In this document: piece by piece, positions 1 to 9,328 of the stretch
Layout of the letters: each line of letters starts with the position of its first letter
Numbering within the stretch: position 1 is the stretch's first letter
Assembly: GCA_037441705.1 (NCBI GenBank)
Contig: JBBIRR010000051.1
Span: 1-25,777 of the forward strand
Source: Ignavibacteriales bacterium
Lineage (GTDB): Bacteria; Bacteroidota; Ignavibacteria; UBA10030; UBA6906
Direction: 5' to 3'
Length of the DNA stretch: 25,777 nt
The notes under the pieces: generated by a model
Told to the model about the DNA's origin: nothing
Database searches by the model: none
What the model saw: the letters and a program-made list of their open reading frames with translations, nothing else
Program-made: the position numbers and the translations under genes

Positions 1-532
1 GTCCAGCTTCGGCGGCGATGATCATGCGATAGGCATCGACCGGAAGAATGAGCGATCCGACGGCGTTGGTGTCGGCGTACCAGTCGCGAGTGGCAACCGT
101 TTGATCCACATTCAGCACAAAGGGTTGTCCGCCGATCAGTCCGCCGAGCGTGTCGTAGAACCAGAACTTCAGTTGCCAGCGGGCCTGATCGTTGGCGGGA
201 TTGATGTTGACGCCGCTGGTTTTGACGTAGGCGCCGACTTTGATGTCCACGTTGCGGGGAATCTTATCCACCCAGTACCGCACCTGATTGCCGCTGATCC
301 ATCGGGACATCGAGCCGGTGGTGGTTTTGACGATCTTCAATGAACGCGGGCTTCCGCCGTAGGTCTGATCGGTGGCCCAGCTGAGCGTGGCTCCTCCGGG
401 TTCCGGAAACCACAACGAGGGCTTCCCACTCTCAAACCCACCGTTTGGAAGCAGGTTGGTCGTCTGTCCCAACGCAACGACGGCGAGGGACAGAAAGGCG
501 ATCGGCACAAAAGAAAGTATGCCGTATCTCAT
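1..532 (-). CDS. Secreted carbohydrate-binding-module (CBM4/9/16/22-like jelly-roll) protein, 3' end outside the window
   Basis: Manual translation from ATG 532: MRYGILSFVPIAFLSLAVVALG-QTTNLLPNGGFESGKPSLW..., a signal peptide followed by the 'NLLxNGGFE' start typical of CBM4_9-like modules. The frame is open to the window edge and a perfect SD (TAAGGAGGTG) lies at 537-546. Absent from the ORF track because it has no stop in the window. Confidence 0.75.
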   Translation of the reverse strand, partial: MRYGILSFVPIAFLSLAVVALGQTTNLLPNGGFESGKPSLWFPEPGGATLSWATDQTYGGSPRSLKIVKTTTGSMSRWISGNQVRYWVDKIPRNVDIKVGAYVKTSGVNINPANDQARWQLKFWFYDTLGGLIGGQPFVLNVDQTVATRDWYADTNAVGSLILPVDAYRMIIAAEAG

Positions 533-652
533 CGTACACCTCCTTACTTGGTTGTTGATGGATGTTGTTGTTTATGAGTTCCGTCCGGTCCACATAGGAG
601 TGGACTATGAAGTACCGGAAGAAATCTACTTTATGTCTTATCCTGTCGAGGC

Positions 653-1696
653 TCATGCACCGGGACTTGCCGCGGCGAGCTGGCACGTCGAGCCGCGTAC
701 CACAAGTTCGACCGGAACATGCACGGTCATCGTCGTGGCAGATTTTGCCTTCACTGCTTCCACCAGTGTGCGAACGGCTGCAGCGCCCAGTTCCTCTTTG
801 AGAACCCGGATCGTTGTAAGTGGAGGCTCGAGGTGCGCACTGGTTTCAATGTCGTCGAAGCCAACGAGGGAAAGGTCCTCCGGGATGCGAACGCCGCGCT
901 GCCGTGCAAGCTGCATGCACCCGATCGCCATGGCATCGTTGGCGGCAAAGAGTGCCGTAGGACGGCTGCCGCGATCGAGCAGTACTTTCATTCCTTCGGC
1001 ACCATCCTGGACGGCAGTGCCCGGCATGTCGGCGACGATCAGGTCCGGCTTGAGCGGAATGGCATGATCAACAAGGCAGTCCTTGAATGCATCGAAGCGT
1101 TCAGCGATACTCGGGTGTGAAATGTCGCCCCCAACGAAGCCGATCGCGCGGTGGCCGAGGCTCAGAAGATGTTCGACGGCGAGGCACGCACCTTTGCGAT
1201 TATCAATTTGCACGGATGAATAGTGCTTCTTCGGGACGGCGAAATCCACCAACGCAAGAGGCAAGCCCAGGCGGTCAACGTAGGCAACAAGCTTCTCGTT
1301 GACGCGTCCGGCGATGATCACGCCATCAACATTATGCTCGAGCAGAAAGCGAGGAACGTCGGTCGGTTCGCGAAACTTTGCACCGACGGTCGTCATCAAG
1401 ATGTAATAGTTGTGCTTGCGCGCTTCGAACTCCGTCCCCAAAAATATTTTGGTGTAGAACGGTTCGGCAAGCGAGAAGTGATCTTCCGACAGAATGAAAC
1501 CAATGTTGCCGCTGGTTCGTGAGGCGAGACCGCGTGCAGCTCTGCTGGGATGATAGCCAAGTTCCTCGATCGCTTGCAGAACTTTCTTGCGAGCTTCCGC
1601 GCTCACGTAACCGCTGTTATTGATGACAAGCGAAACGGTCGAAAGCGCAAGCCCGGCTTTGCGCGCGACATCCTTAATGGTGGGACGTTTTTTCAT
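653..1696 (-). CDS. LacI-family transcriptional repressor (347 aa)
   Basis: N-terminal HTH 'PTIKDVARKAGLALSTVSLVIN', hinge 'YHPSRAARGL', sugar-binding domain with 'ANDAMAIG', 'LVGFDD', 'PPLTTI'. Start placed at MKKRPT (ATG 1696) rather than 1942. Confidence 0.95.
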   Translation of the reverse strand: MKKRPTIKDVARKAGLALSTVSLVINNSGYVSAEARKKVLQAIEELGYHPSRAARGLASRTSGNIGFILSEDHFSLAEPFYTKIFLGTEFEARKHNYYILMTTVGAKFREPTDVPRFLLEHNVDGVIIAGRVNEKLVAYVDRLGLPLALVDFAVPKKHYSSVQIDNRKGACLAVEHLLSLGHRAIGFVGGDISHPSIAERFDAFKDCLVDHAIPLKPDLIVADMPGTAVQDGAEGMKVLLDRGSRPTALFAANDAMAIGCMQLARQRGVRIPEDLSLVGFDDIETSAHLEPPLTTIRVLKEELGAAAVRTLVEAVKAKSATTMTVHVPVELVVRGSTCQLAAASPGA

Positions 1697-1714
1697 TCCA
1701 AGAGGTCTCCGGTC

Positions 1715-1728
1715 TCGAATCGTTTTCT
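1715..1728. promoter_or_regulatory. Possible secondary LacI operator
   Basis: TCGAATCGTTTTCT matches the perfect operator at 10/14 positions with the central CG kept; centres are 75 bp apart. Confidence 0.4.
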
Positions 1729-1789
1729 GGATAGAACTTTGAAATAGATTGAAATAGTGAAAGAAATGAGAGGAACATTCCGTATGACC

Positions 1790-1803
1790 TCGAAACGTTT
1801 CGA
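1790..1803. promoter_or_regulatory. LacI-family operator
   Basis: Perfect 14-bp palindrome TCGAAACGTTTCGA with the central AACGTT typical of LacI operators, directly downstream of the lacI -10 box. Confidence 0.85.
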
Positions 1804-1831
1804 TATTAGAACCTTTTTTCCAAAAAGTCAA
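1803..1831 (-). promoter_or_regulatory. sigma70-type promoter of the LacI gene
   Basis: TTGACT (1831-1826), 17 bp, TAATAT (1808-1803). Confidence 0.75.
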
Positions 1832-2108
1832 GCCCCCCACGACGAGCGGCAGCAGTCTGTCCATCAAAGCACCATGCTTGCCCACTCTGGCGCCAGATTG
1901 TTGCCAACCACATCGTGCCAATCCGGGTGGCGAATGAAACATATGCTTGACCTTTCAAAAAGAGCATCTGCTGCACGTGCAGTATGATGTGTTCGTATAC
2001 ACATGCTTGTATCACGAGTGTGCACACAGGTAGTAGGGAGGGATTGGAAGTTCTGGACTTATCAAGAAATGATGAGCGAACGAGAGTTGGAATTAAGGCG
2101 GGAATGCG

Positions 2109-2137
2109 TTGCATCTCTCCGCTTCATGGTCTATATT
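2109..2137 (+). promoter_or_regulatory. sigma70-type promoter of the dut operon
   Basis: TTGCAT, 17 bp, TATATT, 35 nt upstream of the dut ATG. Confidence 0.65.
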
Positions 2138-2172
2138 GGCAAAGACCAATCGACAGCCAATCTTCGATCATT

Positions 2173-2622
2173 ATGCAAAGCATTCGAGTTCCCATCGTCC
2201 GCACGGAGGCCGCGCAAGAGCTACCTCTGCCGCAGTATGCAACCGAGCATTCAGCAGGGATGGACATCTATGCGGCCGTTGAAGATGAATACGTGCTGCG
2301 TGCCGGTGAAACGGCGCTTCTTCCTACCGGCTTTGCCATTGCACTGCCCGAGGGCTATGAGGCGCAGATCAGGCCGCGCAGCGGGCTTGCCCTCAAGCAT
2401 CACATCACCGTGCTGAATTCCCCCGGTACCATCGACGCGGACTATCGCGGCGAGGTGAAGGTGATCCTCACCAATCTCGGCAAGCAGGATTTTGTCATCC
2501 GCCGAGGCGATCGGATCGCGCAGATGGTGATTGCCCGCTACGAACGCGCAGTATGGCAGGAGCAAGATGCGCTTGATGAAACTGCTCGCGGTGCCGGCGG
2601 CTTCGGACACACAGGAAGATAA
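2173..2622 (+). CDS. dut: dUTP diphosphatase (trimeric dUTPase)
   Basis: All five motifs: [36 protein letters not shown]. Start placed at MQSIRV. Confidence 0.97.
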   Translation: MQSIRVPIVRTEAAQELPLPQYATEHSAGMDIYAAVEDEYVLRAGETALLPTGFAIALPEGYEAQIRPRSGLALKHHITVLNSPGTIDADYRGEVKVILTNLGKQDFVIRRGDRIAQMVIARYERAVWQEQDALDETARGAGGFGHTGR

Positions 2623-2644
2623 AGGCAACAACATTATCGCGGCG

Positions 2645-3871
2645 ATGGACGACGAGCGTTCGCACACCCTTTTTACTATCCTCACCATTGTTCTGGCCGG
2701 AGCGCTGCTGTTTGCGCTGGGCGTGAGTATCGAATCCATTCTCTCGCCGTTCGTCTTTGTCGCCGCGCTTGTCTACATCCTCTATCCCTTCCGAACGAAT
2801 CCGCTTGCGCGAAGGACGATTGCTGTTTCGCTGGCGCTCTTTGGCGTCTGGTTCATGTATTCCCTGCTTGGAATTCTTTTTCCGTTCATCGCCGCGTTTC
2901 TGCTGGCGTATCTGTTCAACCCACTCGTTGTCCGACTTGAGCGCAAACGCATCGCTCGCTGGGTAGGGTCACTTTTTGTCACACTCGGCGGTCTGGCGGT
3001 TGTTGTTGCGGTTGTGCTGTTCCTTCTCCCGATAGCAGTTGTGCAGTTTCAGGGACTGATCAACGCGGTAAGCGCGATCGCACAGAGTGTCGTGGACGTG
3101 ATGCGGTCGGGAAGAGTCTTCGATCTCCTGGCCGATTGGGGCTTGCCCGCCGACCAGGCGCGGCGGATTCTTGCTGAAGAACTCTCGCCGAGATTGGAAG
3201 GTATCCTGACGCAACTGTTCAAGAGCGTGTTAGGATTCCTGACCGGCTTCTCCTCGCTCATCCTGCAGATCATCAATGCCATCATCATTCCATTCCTCTT
3301 CTTTTACATGCTCAAGGACTTCCCGCGCATGAAAGAGACCTTCGCCGCCTTCCTTCCCGATGCGGCCAGGCCGAACGTGCTGGCGTTCGTGGCTTCCGTT
3401 GACGATCTCCTCGGACGTTATCTGCGCGGGGCGTTGGTGGTTGCGCTTATTCAAGGCGCCCTCTCGGCGATCGTTCTCACCCTCATCGGCGTGGATTACG
3501 CACTCGTGCTCGGAGTGATGACAGCAATTCTGAATTTCATTCCGTACGTCGGGTTGATCACAAGTCTGGTTGTAGCGAGCATCGTAGCGCTCTTCAGCGG
3601 GGGCGCCGTTGGGGCTAAAGTGATCGGGGTGATTGTTCTGTACCTTTCCCAAAAACTTCTTGAGGCCACCGTCCTTGCGCCCAAGATCATCGGCAGCAAG
3701 GTGGGACTCCATCCCGTCGTCCTCATTCTGTGCCTGATGGTGTTTGGGTATTTTCTCGGATTCGTCGGCATGCTGATCGCCGTGCCGACAACCGCGCTGC
3801 TCATCTCGCTGGCAAAGGAGTGGCGCCGTGTCCGACAGGCTCCGGCGGTGGAAACCCCCATCGAGGTGTAG
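2645..3871 (+). CDS. AI-2E family (PerM/TqsA-like) transporter
   Basis: Multi-TM protein with 'PFIAAFLLAYLFNPLV', 'NFIPYVG', 'PKIIGSKVGLHP'. Confidence 0.9.
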   Translation: MDDERSHTLFTILTIVLAGALLFALGVSIESILSPFVFVAALVYILYPFRTNPLARRTIAVSLALFGVWFMYSLLGILFPFIAAFLLAYLFNPLVVRLERKRIARWVGSLFVTLGGLAVVVAVVLFLLPIAVVQFQGLINAVSAIAQSVVDVMRSGRVFDLLADWGLPADQARRILAEELSPRLEGILTQLFKSVLGFLTGFSSLILQIINAIIIPFLFFYMLKDFPRMKETFAAFLPDAARPNVLAFVASVDDLLGRYLRGALVVALIQGALSAIVLTLIGVDYALVLGVMTAILNFIPYVGLITSLVVASIVALFSGGAVGAKVIGVIVLYLSQKLLEATVLAPKIIGSKVGLHPVVLILCLMVFGYFLGFVGMLIAVPTTALLISLAKEWRRVRQAPAVETPIEV

Positions 3872-3874
3872 CGC

Positions 3875-4567
3875 ATGGCCGGAGTGCTTTATCTGGTTGC
3901 GACCCCCATCGGCAACTACGACGACATGACCTTCCGCGCGCTGCAGGTGTTGAAGTCGGTGGACCTTGTGGTGTACGAAGAACGGCGCGAAGGAGAGCGC
4001 CTGCTGCGTCACTTTCAGATTCAGAAACCGGTGGAGTCGCTCAACGAACACAACGAAGCGGCGGCGTCCCACCACATTCTTGATTGCCTCCAAGCCGGCA
4101 AGACTGTTGCGCTGATCTCGGACTGTGGCACGCCGGTGTTCTCCGATCCCGGCCAGCTTCTTGTTCGCAAAGCCATCGAGCACGGCATCCGCATCGTTCC
4201 CATTCCGGGCGCGTCATCACTCCTTCCTGCCTTGACCGTATCGGGCTTTTCCATTGATCAGTTTCTCTTTTACGGCTGGCTTTCGCCCAAGAAGGAACGT
4301 CGCCGGGCAGAACTGAAACAGTTGATGCAGGAACGTCGCACCATCGTGTTGATGGATACGCCCTACCGATTGGTGCCCTTGCTGCGCGATCTCGCGGAAA
4401 CGTTCGGCACCACGCGCCGCATCTGCATCGCTCTTAATCTCACAATGCCGGACGAGCAGATGTTCTACGGTACCGCGGTGGAACTGTACAAGCGCTTCTC
4501 ATCGAAAGAAATTAAAGGGGAGTATGTTCTCGTTATCGAAGGCAGGCCGACCGGGCGCAAGAAATAG
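3875..4567 (+). CDS. rsmI: 16S rRNA (C1402-2'-O)-methyltransferase
   Basis: 'LYLVATPIGNYDDMTFRA', 'ALISDCGTPVFSDPG', 'PIPGAS'. Confidence 0.95.
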   Translation: MAGVLYLVATPIGNYDDMTFRALQVLKSVDLVVYEERREGERLLRHFQIQKPVESLNEHNEAAASHHILDCLQAGKTVALISDCGTPVFSDPGQLLVRKAIEHGIRIVPIPGASSLLPALTVSGFSIDQFLFYGWLSPKKERRRAELKQLMQERRTIVLMDTPYRLVPLLRDLAETFGTTRRICIALNLTMPDEQMFYGTAVELYKRFSSKEIKGEYVLVIEGRPTGRKK

Positions 4568-4593
4568 CCGCAGGGTGAGCGACGCTGCGTTTC

Positions 4594-5361
4594 ATGACAA
4601 CGGATAGCATGATGACTATGGTTCTGCTTGTCGGAGTTCTTGCATTGCTCGGTCTCCATCCGGCGAATGTGCTGGTGGGTGACGACGCGTTCGTTCGTCT
4701 TGATTATCCCTCCGCTATCGCCGCCTACGAAGGCGAGTACACACGTTTTCCGGACGACACGGAGTTGCTCTGGCGGCTTGCGCGCGTGTACGTCTGTGCA
4801 GGAGAAGTTAAAGAGGAAGAGGATGCCGCTCGGGACTTCCGAAGAGCTGAACAGTACGCTCGCCGCTGCATCGAACTCGACTCTGCAACCGTCGAAGGGC
4901 ATACCTGGCTTGCAGCGTCACTCGGCTACCAGGCGCTGCATGCAGGTCTCGTGGAAAAGATCGAGCTGACAGCCGAGATGCATCGAGAGTTAGATCGGGT
5001 TCTCGCCCTCGACCCGCAGAATGATGCCGCCTACTCCATGCGCGGCTCCTACTTCCGCGCGTTTGCCAATGCAAGCTGGGTCGAACGTCGGATCGCCGTT
5101 CTGCTGTTTCCCTCCTTGCCTGAGGGCGGATATGAAGAAGCAGAAGCCGCCCTGAAGAAGGCCATCGCACTGGCGCCGGAAGTGATGCGCCATCACTACG
5201 AGCTGGGAATTCTGTATCTGGACTGGGGGAGAATCGCCGATGCGAAGGTCGCACTCGAACATGCAGCAACACTCCCGGTCCGCGTCGCCATTGATATCCC
5301 GCGCCTCGCGAAGATTCAGAAGCTCCTTGCCTCACTCACCTACACGCGGGAGCGTGAATGA
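4594..5361 (+). CDS. Exported TPR-repeat protein (RMDN/TatT-like helical repeats)
   Basis: Hydrophobic N-terminus and TPR-like repeats 'ELLWRLARVY', 'CIELDS', 'VLALDPQN', 'KAIALAP..HHYELG'. ATGA overlap with the next gene. Exact start Met uncertain. Confidence 0.75.
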   Translation: MTTDSMMTMVLLVGVLALLGLHPANVLVGDDAFVRLDYPSAIAAYEGEYTRFPDDTELLWRLARVYVCAGEVKEEEDAARDFRRAEQYARRCIELDSATVEGHTWLAASLGYQALHAGLVEKIELTAEMHRELDRVLALDPQNDAAYSMRGSYFRAFANASWVERRIAVLLFPSLPEGGYEEAEAALKKAIALAPEVMRHHYELGILYLDWGRIADAKVALEHAATLPVRVAIDIPRLAKIQKLLASLTYTRERE

Positions 5362-6215
5362 CGAAGCAGCACGGCATGCGCGGAACTTTCCGGCGGATTG
5401 CCTCCCTTCTCGCGCTCGTTGCCGTTCTCTACGCGGGGGTTGTTGGATGGTTCGCGTGGAAGGAGGACTCGTACGTCTATTTCCCCCGCAAAGGCTTGCA
5501 TGATGCCGAGAGACTCAACATGAGAATAGAGACGGTGGCGCTGATGACGCCCGATAGCGTTCGACTCGTCTGCTGGATCATTCCCGCGCGGGATTCGTCG
5601 GATGTGTGGGTGTTGTACTTTCAGGGCAACGGAGGAAACATCTCCTCCCGTGGATACGTCGAGCACTATGAAGCGCTTACGCGCCAGGGCCTCAATATTT
5701 TTGCGCTTGGGTATCGTGGATACGGAGATAGTGAAGGTTCCCCGAGTGAGGAAGGATTCTACAGGGACGCGCGCGCGGCTTATGACTATCTTGTTCACGA
5801 GCGCGGCATTTCTCCCGCGCGCATCATCCTGTTCGGCTACTCGCTCGGCTCCGCTGTCGCCGTCGAGCTTGCAGCGAATGTCGCGACAGCAGCCGTCATT
5901 CTCGAAGGAGCATTCATGTCCGCACACCGGCTCGGACAAGACTACTACCCGTTCCTGCCGGTGGCGCTCGTCATGAAGAATCGCTACGACTCCATCAGCA
6001 AGATTCAGCGTGTGGCCGAGCCGAAACTTTTTCTCCATGCCGTGGATGACGAAGTTGTTCCCATCGAGCACGGAAGGAGCCTGTTCGAGGCGGCATCTGA
6101 ACCGAAAGCGTTCGTGGAACTTTCAGGAGGCCACAACACTGCGCATGCCGCCGACTCTGCGCGTTTCTACGGCAGCATTACGGCTTTCCTGCAGCAACTC
6201 AACCTTGTGAAATAG
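5358..6215 (+). CDS. Membrane-anchored alpha/beta hydrolase (ABHD13/ABHD17/BEM46-like)
   Basis: N-terminal TM, 'YFQGNGGN', 'YRGYGDSEGSPSE', nucleophile GYSLG, acid DEVV, His in GGHN. Confidence 0.9.
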   Translation: MTKQHGMRGTFRRIASLLALVAVLYAGVVGWFAWKEDSYVYFPRKGLHDAERLNMRIETVALMTPDSVRLVCWIIPARDSSDVWVLYFQGNGGNISSRGYVEHYEALTRQGLNIFALGYRGYGDSEGSPSEEGFYRDARAAYDYLVHERGISPARIILFGYSLGSAVAVELAANVATAAVILEGAFMSAHRLGQDYYPFLPVALVMKNRYDSISKIQRVAEPKLFLHAVDDEVVPIEHGRSLFEAASEPKAFVELSGGHNTAHAADSARFYGSITAFLQQLNLVK

Positions 6216-6243
6216 CTTATCTCATAAAGAGAGGATAAAAAGA

Positions 6244-7008
6244 ATGGAATGGCTTACCACTCCCGAATCGTGGATTGCGCTTGTTACGCTGACAGTGTTG
6301 GAGATTGTGCTGGGCATAGATAACATCATCTTCATTTCCATTCTGTCGGGAAAACTCCCCGAGCATCAGCAGGCGAAGGCGCGCACAACGGGGCTGGCAC
6401 TTGCCACCATCACGCGTGTACTGCTTCTGCTCTCGCTGACGTGGGTCATGCGGCTTACAGCGCCGCTGTTCTCCGTCTTCGAGAACGAAATCTCGGGCCG
6501 GGACTTGATTCTGATTCTCGGCGGGTTGTTTCTCATCGGCAAGAGCACGCATGAGATTCACGACAAGTTGGAGGGTTCGGAGGGCAGGGTTTCGGCAAAG
6601 GTGAAGGCGAGATTTTCCAGCATCATCGTTCAAATTCTTCTGCTCGACATCGTGTTCTCTTTGGATTCGGTGATTACAGCGGTGGGGATGGCGCGGCACA
6701 TCGAGATCATGGTTGCGGCCGTCCTCATTGCTGTCGGCGTTATGATGCTGGCTGCCGGCGCAATCAGCAGGTTTGTCGAACGCCATCCGACGGTGAAGAT
6801 TCTCGCGCTCAGCTTTCTGCTGCTCATCGGTGTTACACTCATCGCCGAAGGATTCGACCAGCACATCTCCAAAGGATACGTCTATTTTGCCATGGCCTTT
6901 TCGGTGTTCGTGGAGATGCTCAACCTGCGGCTGCGCGCGAAGGAGGCTCAGCCCGTCAAACTGCATGCCCCGTACGTGCAGGAGGCGAAAGCACAGTCGA
7001 AAGTGTGA
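6244..7008 (+). CDS. TerC family integral membrane protein
   Basis: 'LEIVLGIDNIIFI' and 'DIVFSLDSVITAVG' signatures. Confidence 0.93.
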   Translation: MEWLTTPESWIALVTLTVLEIVLGIDNIIFISILSGKLPEHQQAKARTTGLALATITRVLLLLSLTWVMRLTAPLFSVFENEISGRDLILILGGLFLIGKSTHEIHDKLEGSEGRVSAKVKARFSSIIVQILLLDIVFSLDSVITAVGMARHIEIMVAAVLIAVGVMMLAAGAISRFVERHPTVKILALSFLLLIGVTLIAEGFDQHISKGYVYFAMAFSVFVEMLNLRLRAKEAQPVKLHAPYVQEAKAQSKV

Positions 7009-7091
7009 TCAGCCTCGAGAAGCATTCAGCGTGTGAACCTCCACCACGTGTACGACACGGTCAGAATGGCGAACGATGGACAACGAGCAAT

Positions 7092-7120
7092 TTGTGCGAT
7101 TGAGGTTTTTGTGGTAGATT
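7092..7120 (+). promoter_or_regulatory. sigma70-type promoter (extended -10) of the cysteine desulfurase
   Basis: TTGTGC, 17 bp, TAGATT preceded by TG-G; ATG only 10 nt downstream. Confidence 0.55.
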
Positions 7121-7130
7121 GCCGTTGTCC

Positions 7131-8291
7131 ATGAAACGCGTCTACCTCGACCATACCGCCACCACACCGCTGGACGAACGCGTCTTCGAAGCAATGCGTC
7201 CATACTTTTCGGAGACGTTCGGAAATGCCTCCTCGATTCATTCTTTCGGTCGGGAAGCGAAGGCGGCGTTAGAGAAGGCGCGAGAGACCATTGCTAAGGC
7301 CATCGGCGCGCAGAGCGGCGAGCTGTTCTTCACCAGCGGCGGAACGGAATCCGACAACTTTGCCATCCGAGGCGTTGCACTTGCCGCACGAAAGAAAGGC
7401 AAGACGCACATCATCACATCGGCAGCGGAGCATCATGCCGTGCTCGAGCCGTGCGAGGGACTCACGGAGGAGGGATTCGACGTCACGGTGCTGCCGGTGG
7501 ACAGCCACGGACTCGTCACCCCCGAACAGGTGCGGACTGCCATCACCGATCGGACCTGTCTCGTTTCCATCATGCATGCCAACAACGAAGTTGGGACGAT
7601 CTATCCGATCAAAGAAATCGCCGCAATGGCCCACGAGCAAGGCGTGCTTGTTCACACCGATGCCGTTCAGACGCTGGGCAAGATCCCTGTGGACGTGAGA
7701 GAGTTAGAGATTGATCTGATGACGATCTCTGCGCATAAGTTGTATGGCCCGAAAGGCATCGGTGCGCTGTACGTGAAAAAGGGGACCGAACTTGAGCCGC
7801 TTCTGTATGGTGGGGGACAGGAGCGCGGCAAGCGTCCCGGCACGGAAAACGTTCCTCTGGTAGTAGGCTTCGCGCGGGCGGTTGATCTTGCTCTTGCAGA
7901 AATGTCCACCGAAATGCAGCGGCTTGCCCTGCTGCGGCAGAGTCTCGAATCCAGAATACGCGACGAGTTTCCTGCCGCAATCATCAACGGTCATCCGACA
8001 CACCGCCTGCCCAACATCCTCAACATCTCGTTCGACAGCTCGAAGTTGAACATTGATGGTGATGTGTTGGTGTTGAATATGGATTTACACGGCGTCGCCG
8101 TGACCAGCGGCTCGGCGTGCACATCCGGCAGTATGCAACCCTCGCATGTTCTTCTCGCGATGGGACGCGATGTGAAGACCGCAAAAGCAACGTTGCGCTT
8201 CGCGTTCGGGAAGTGCAACGCCGAAGACGACGTCGCTGCGGTTGTACAACGCTTGCAGGACGTGATTGGGCAAATGACCCGCCGGGGATAG
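7131..8291 (+). CDS. iscS: Cysteine desulfurase, IscS/NifS type (group I)
   Basis: 'YLDHTATTP', 'FTSGGTESDN', PLP lysine 'SAHKLYGPKG', catalytic 'SGSACTS'. Confidence 0.93.
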   Translation: MKRVYLDHTATTPLDERVFEAMRPYFSETFGNASSIHSFGREAKAALEKARETIAKAIGAQSGELFFTSGGTESDNFAIRGVALAARKKGKTHIITSAAEHHAVLEPCEGLTEEGFDVTVLPVDSHGLVTPEQVRTAITDRTCLVSIMHANNEVGTIYPIKEIAAMAHEQGVLVHTDAVQTLGKIPVDVRELEIDLMTISAHKLYGPKGIGALYVKKGTELEPLLYGGGQERGKRPGTENVPLVVGFARAVDLALAEMSTEMQRLALLRQSLESRIRDEFPAAIINGHPTHRLPNILNISFDSSKLNIDGDVLVLNMDLHGVAVTSGSACTSGSMQPSHVLLAMGRDVKTAKATLRFAFGKCNAEDDVAAVVQRLQDVIGQMTRRG

Positions 8292-8452
8292 TTGCGTGTG
8301 AAAGTCTGACCAAGGCAACAACTGAAAGCAGCCCGGAGCCTGAACGTACATGGGAGACAGCGCGTGTAGTTTTGTAAGATTGTGAAGTAAGAATAACATT
8401 ATCGCTTCCGAACAGCCCGCGGAAATGCCGAGCGTTGAGCGACGGGTGCTTC

Positions 8453-8467
8453 TGGCGCGCATCTTGG
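8453..8467 (+). promoter_or_regulatory. Candidate sigma54 -24/-12 promoter with variant -12
   Basis: TGGCGCG-CATC-TTGG against consensus TGGCACG-N4-TTGC; 50 nt upstream of the lipoprotein ATG; AT-rich tract upstream. Confidence 0.45.
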
Positions 8468-8517
8468 AGCAGAAGGAGTGCATTGGTTCCACATTCACGA
8501 AGGGGAAAGAAAGCATT

Positions 8518-8838
8518 ATGGTTCGAGTTCTTGTTGCGTGCATACTCGTTCTTGGCCTGGTGGGCTGCGGCCTCGGGAACGATGATGGGTCACAAACGGC
8601 AGTCAGAATGGTGCAAGATTTCAAACCGACCGGAGGCGGAAGCACGCTCGCCCAGATGGTGGCCTCGGCGTTTCCTGCCGGCGAGTGGGATGTCACGAAG
8701 ACTTCCGAAAGTTTGTATCGCGTCATCTTCCGTCCGTCTTCCGGAGAGAGCAAGGAATTGGTCTTCGGTGTCAGCATCAACAAGCATCACGTGATGGCAC
8801 TGAACCGCGACGCGCTTGCCTTCACCAACCCCCGCTGA
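8518..8838 (+). CDS. Small hypothetical lipoprotein (106 aa)
   Basis: MVRVLVACILVLGLVG-C lipobox; purine-rich RBS AAGGGGAAAG upstream. Confidence 0.75.
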   Translation: MVRVLVACILVLGLVGCGLGNDDGSQTAVRMVQDFKPTGGGSTLAQMVASAFPAGEWDVTKTSESLYRVIFRPSSGESKELVFGVSINKHHVMALNRDALAFTNPR

Positions 8839-8859
8839 GTTTGCGCAACCCCGATGAAC

Positions 8860-8888
8860 AAAAAAAGCCCGACCGGATCGTCGGGCTT
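8860..8888 (-). terminator. Rho-independent terminator of the minus-strand MerR transcript
   Basis: Stem AAGCCCGAC/GTCGGGCTT with a 6-nt loop; the A-run at 8860-8866 gives a U-tract on the minus strand; lies between convergent genes. Confidence 0.8.
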
Positions 8889-8909
8889 CATGGGTTGTGT
8901 TGAGAATCG

Positions 8910-9293
8910 TCAGTTCAGCTTTTGCAGAAGTTCCTCCAGAAATTTCTTCACCTCCAGTACATCGTTGCGCAGCTGCTCATCTTTGATCTTCGTTCGAAGC
9001 CTCGGCGAGTCGATCAACTCCAGCTGTTCGCCTGAGTCGCTATCGGGGGTGTAGTTCTTCAGGACCTGCTTGGCGCCTTCGATCGTGTAGCGTTCGTCGC
9101 GCAGAAGCTTCTTGATGTAGAGGATGAGCTTGATATCGCGGTTGGTATAGATGCGGTTGCCGGCTCGGTTCTTCTGCGGCTTCAGCTCGTCGAATTCCGA
9201 CTCCCAGTATCGCAGAACATACTGCTCGAGGTCGGTAATCTTGCTCACCTCGCTGATGGAGTAATAGAGCTTCTTGATGCCGGTGGCTTTCAT
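8910..9293 (-). CDS. MerR-family HTH regulator (short MlrA/LdtR-like type)
   Basis: 'YYSISEVSKITDLEQYVLRYWESEF..LKPQKNRAGNRIY', 'YTIEGAK'; no metal-binding Cys. Confidence 0.88.
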   Translation of the reverse strand: MKATGIKKLYYSISEVSKITDLEQYVLRYWESEFDELKPQKNRAGNRIYTNRDIKLILYIKKLLRDERYTIEGAKQVLKNYTPDSDSGEQLELIDSPRLRTKIKDEQLRNDVLEVKKFLEELLQKLN

Positions 9294-9328
9294 GGCCTCA
9301 CATCCGATGATGACTGAAACGCTGAGAG

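Noticed and set aside
372-1067. 231-aa plus-strand ORF
   Set aside because: Antisense shadow of lacI and the CBM gene with no recognisable motifs.
1880-1985. 12-bp palindromes TCTGGCGCCAGA and CTGCACGTGCAG, and a TGGCACG on the minus strand
   Set aside because: The palindromes are unrelated to each other, and TGGCACG lacks a correctly spaced -12 element. I cannot support an ncRNA or sigma54 promoter here.
1697-2172. N-terminal extensions of LacI (to 1942) and Dut (from 1984)
   Set aside because: They run through the predicted promoters and operator and have no family similarity.
3230-4183. 317-aa minus-strand ORF
   Set aside because: Antisense to the well-supported AI-2E and rsmI genes.
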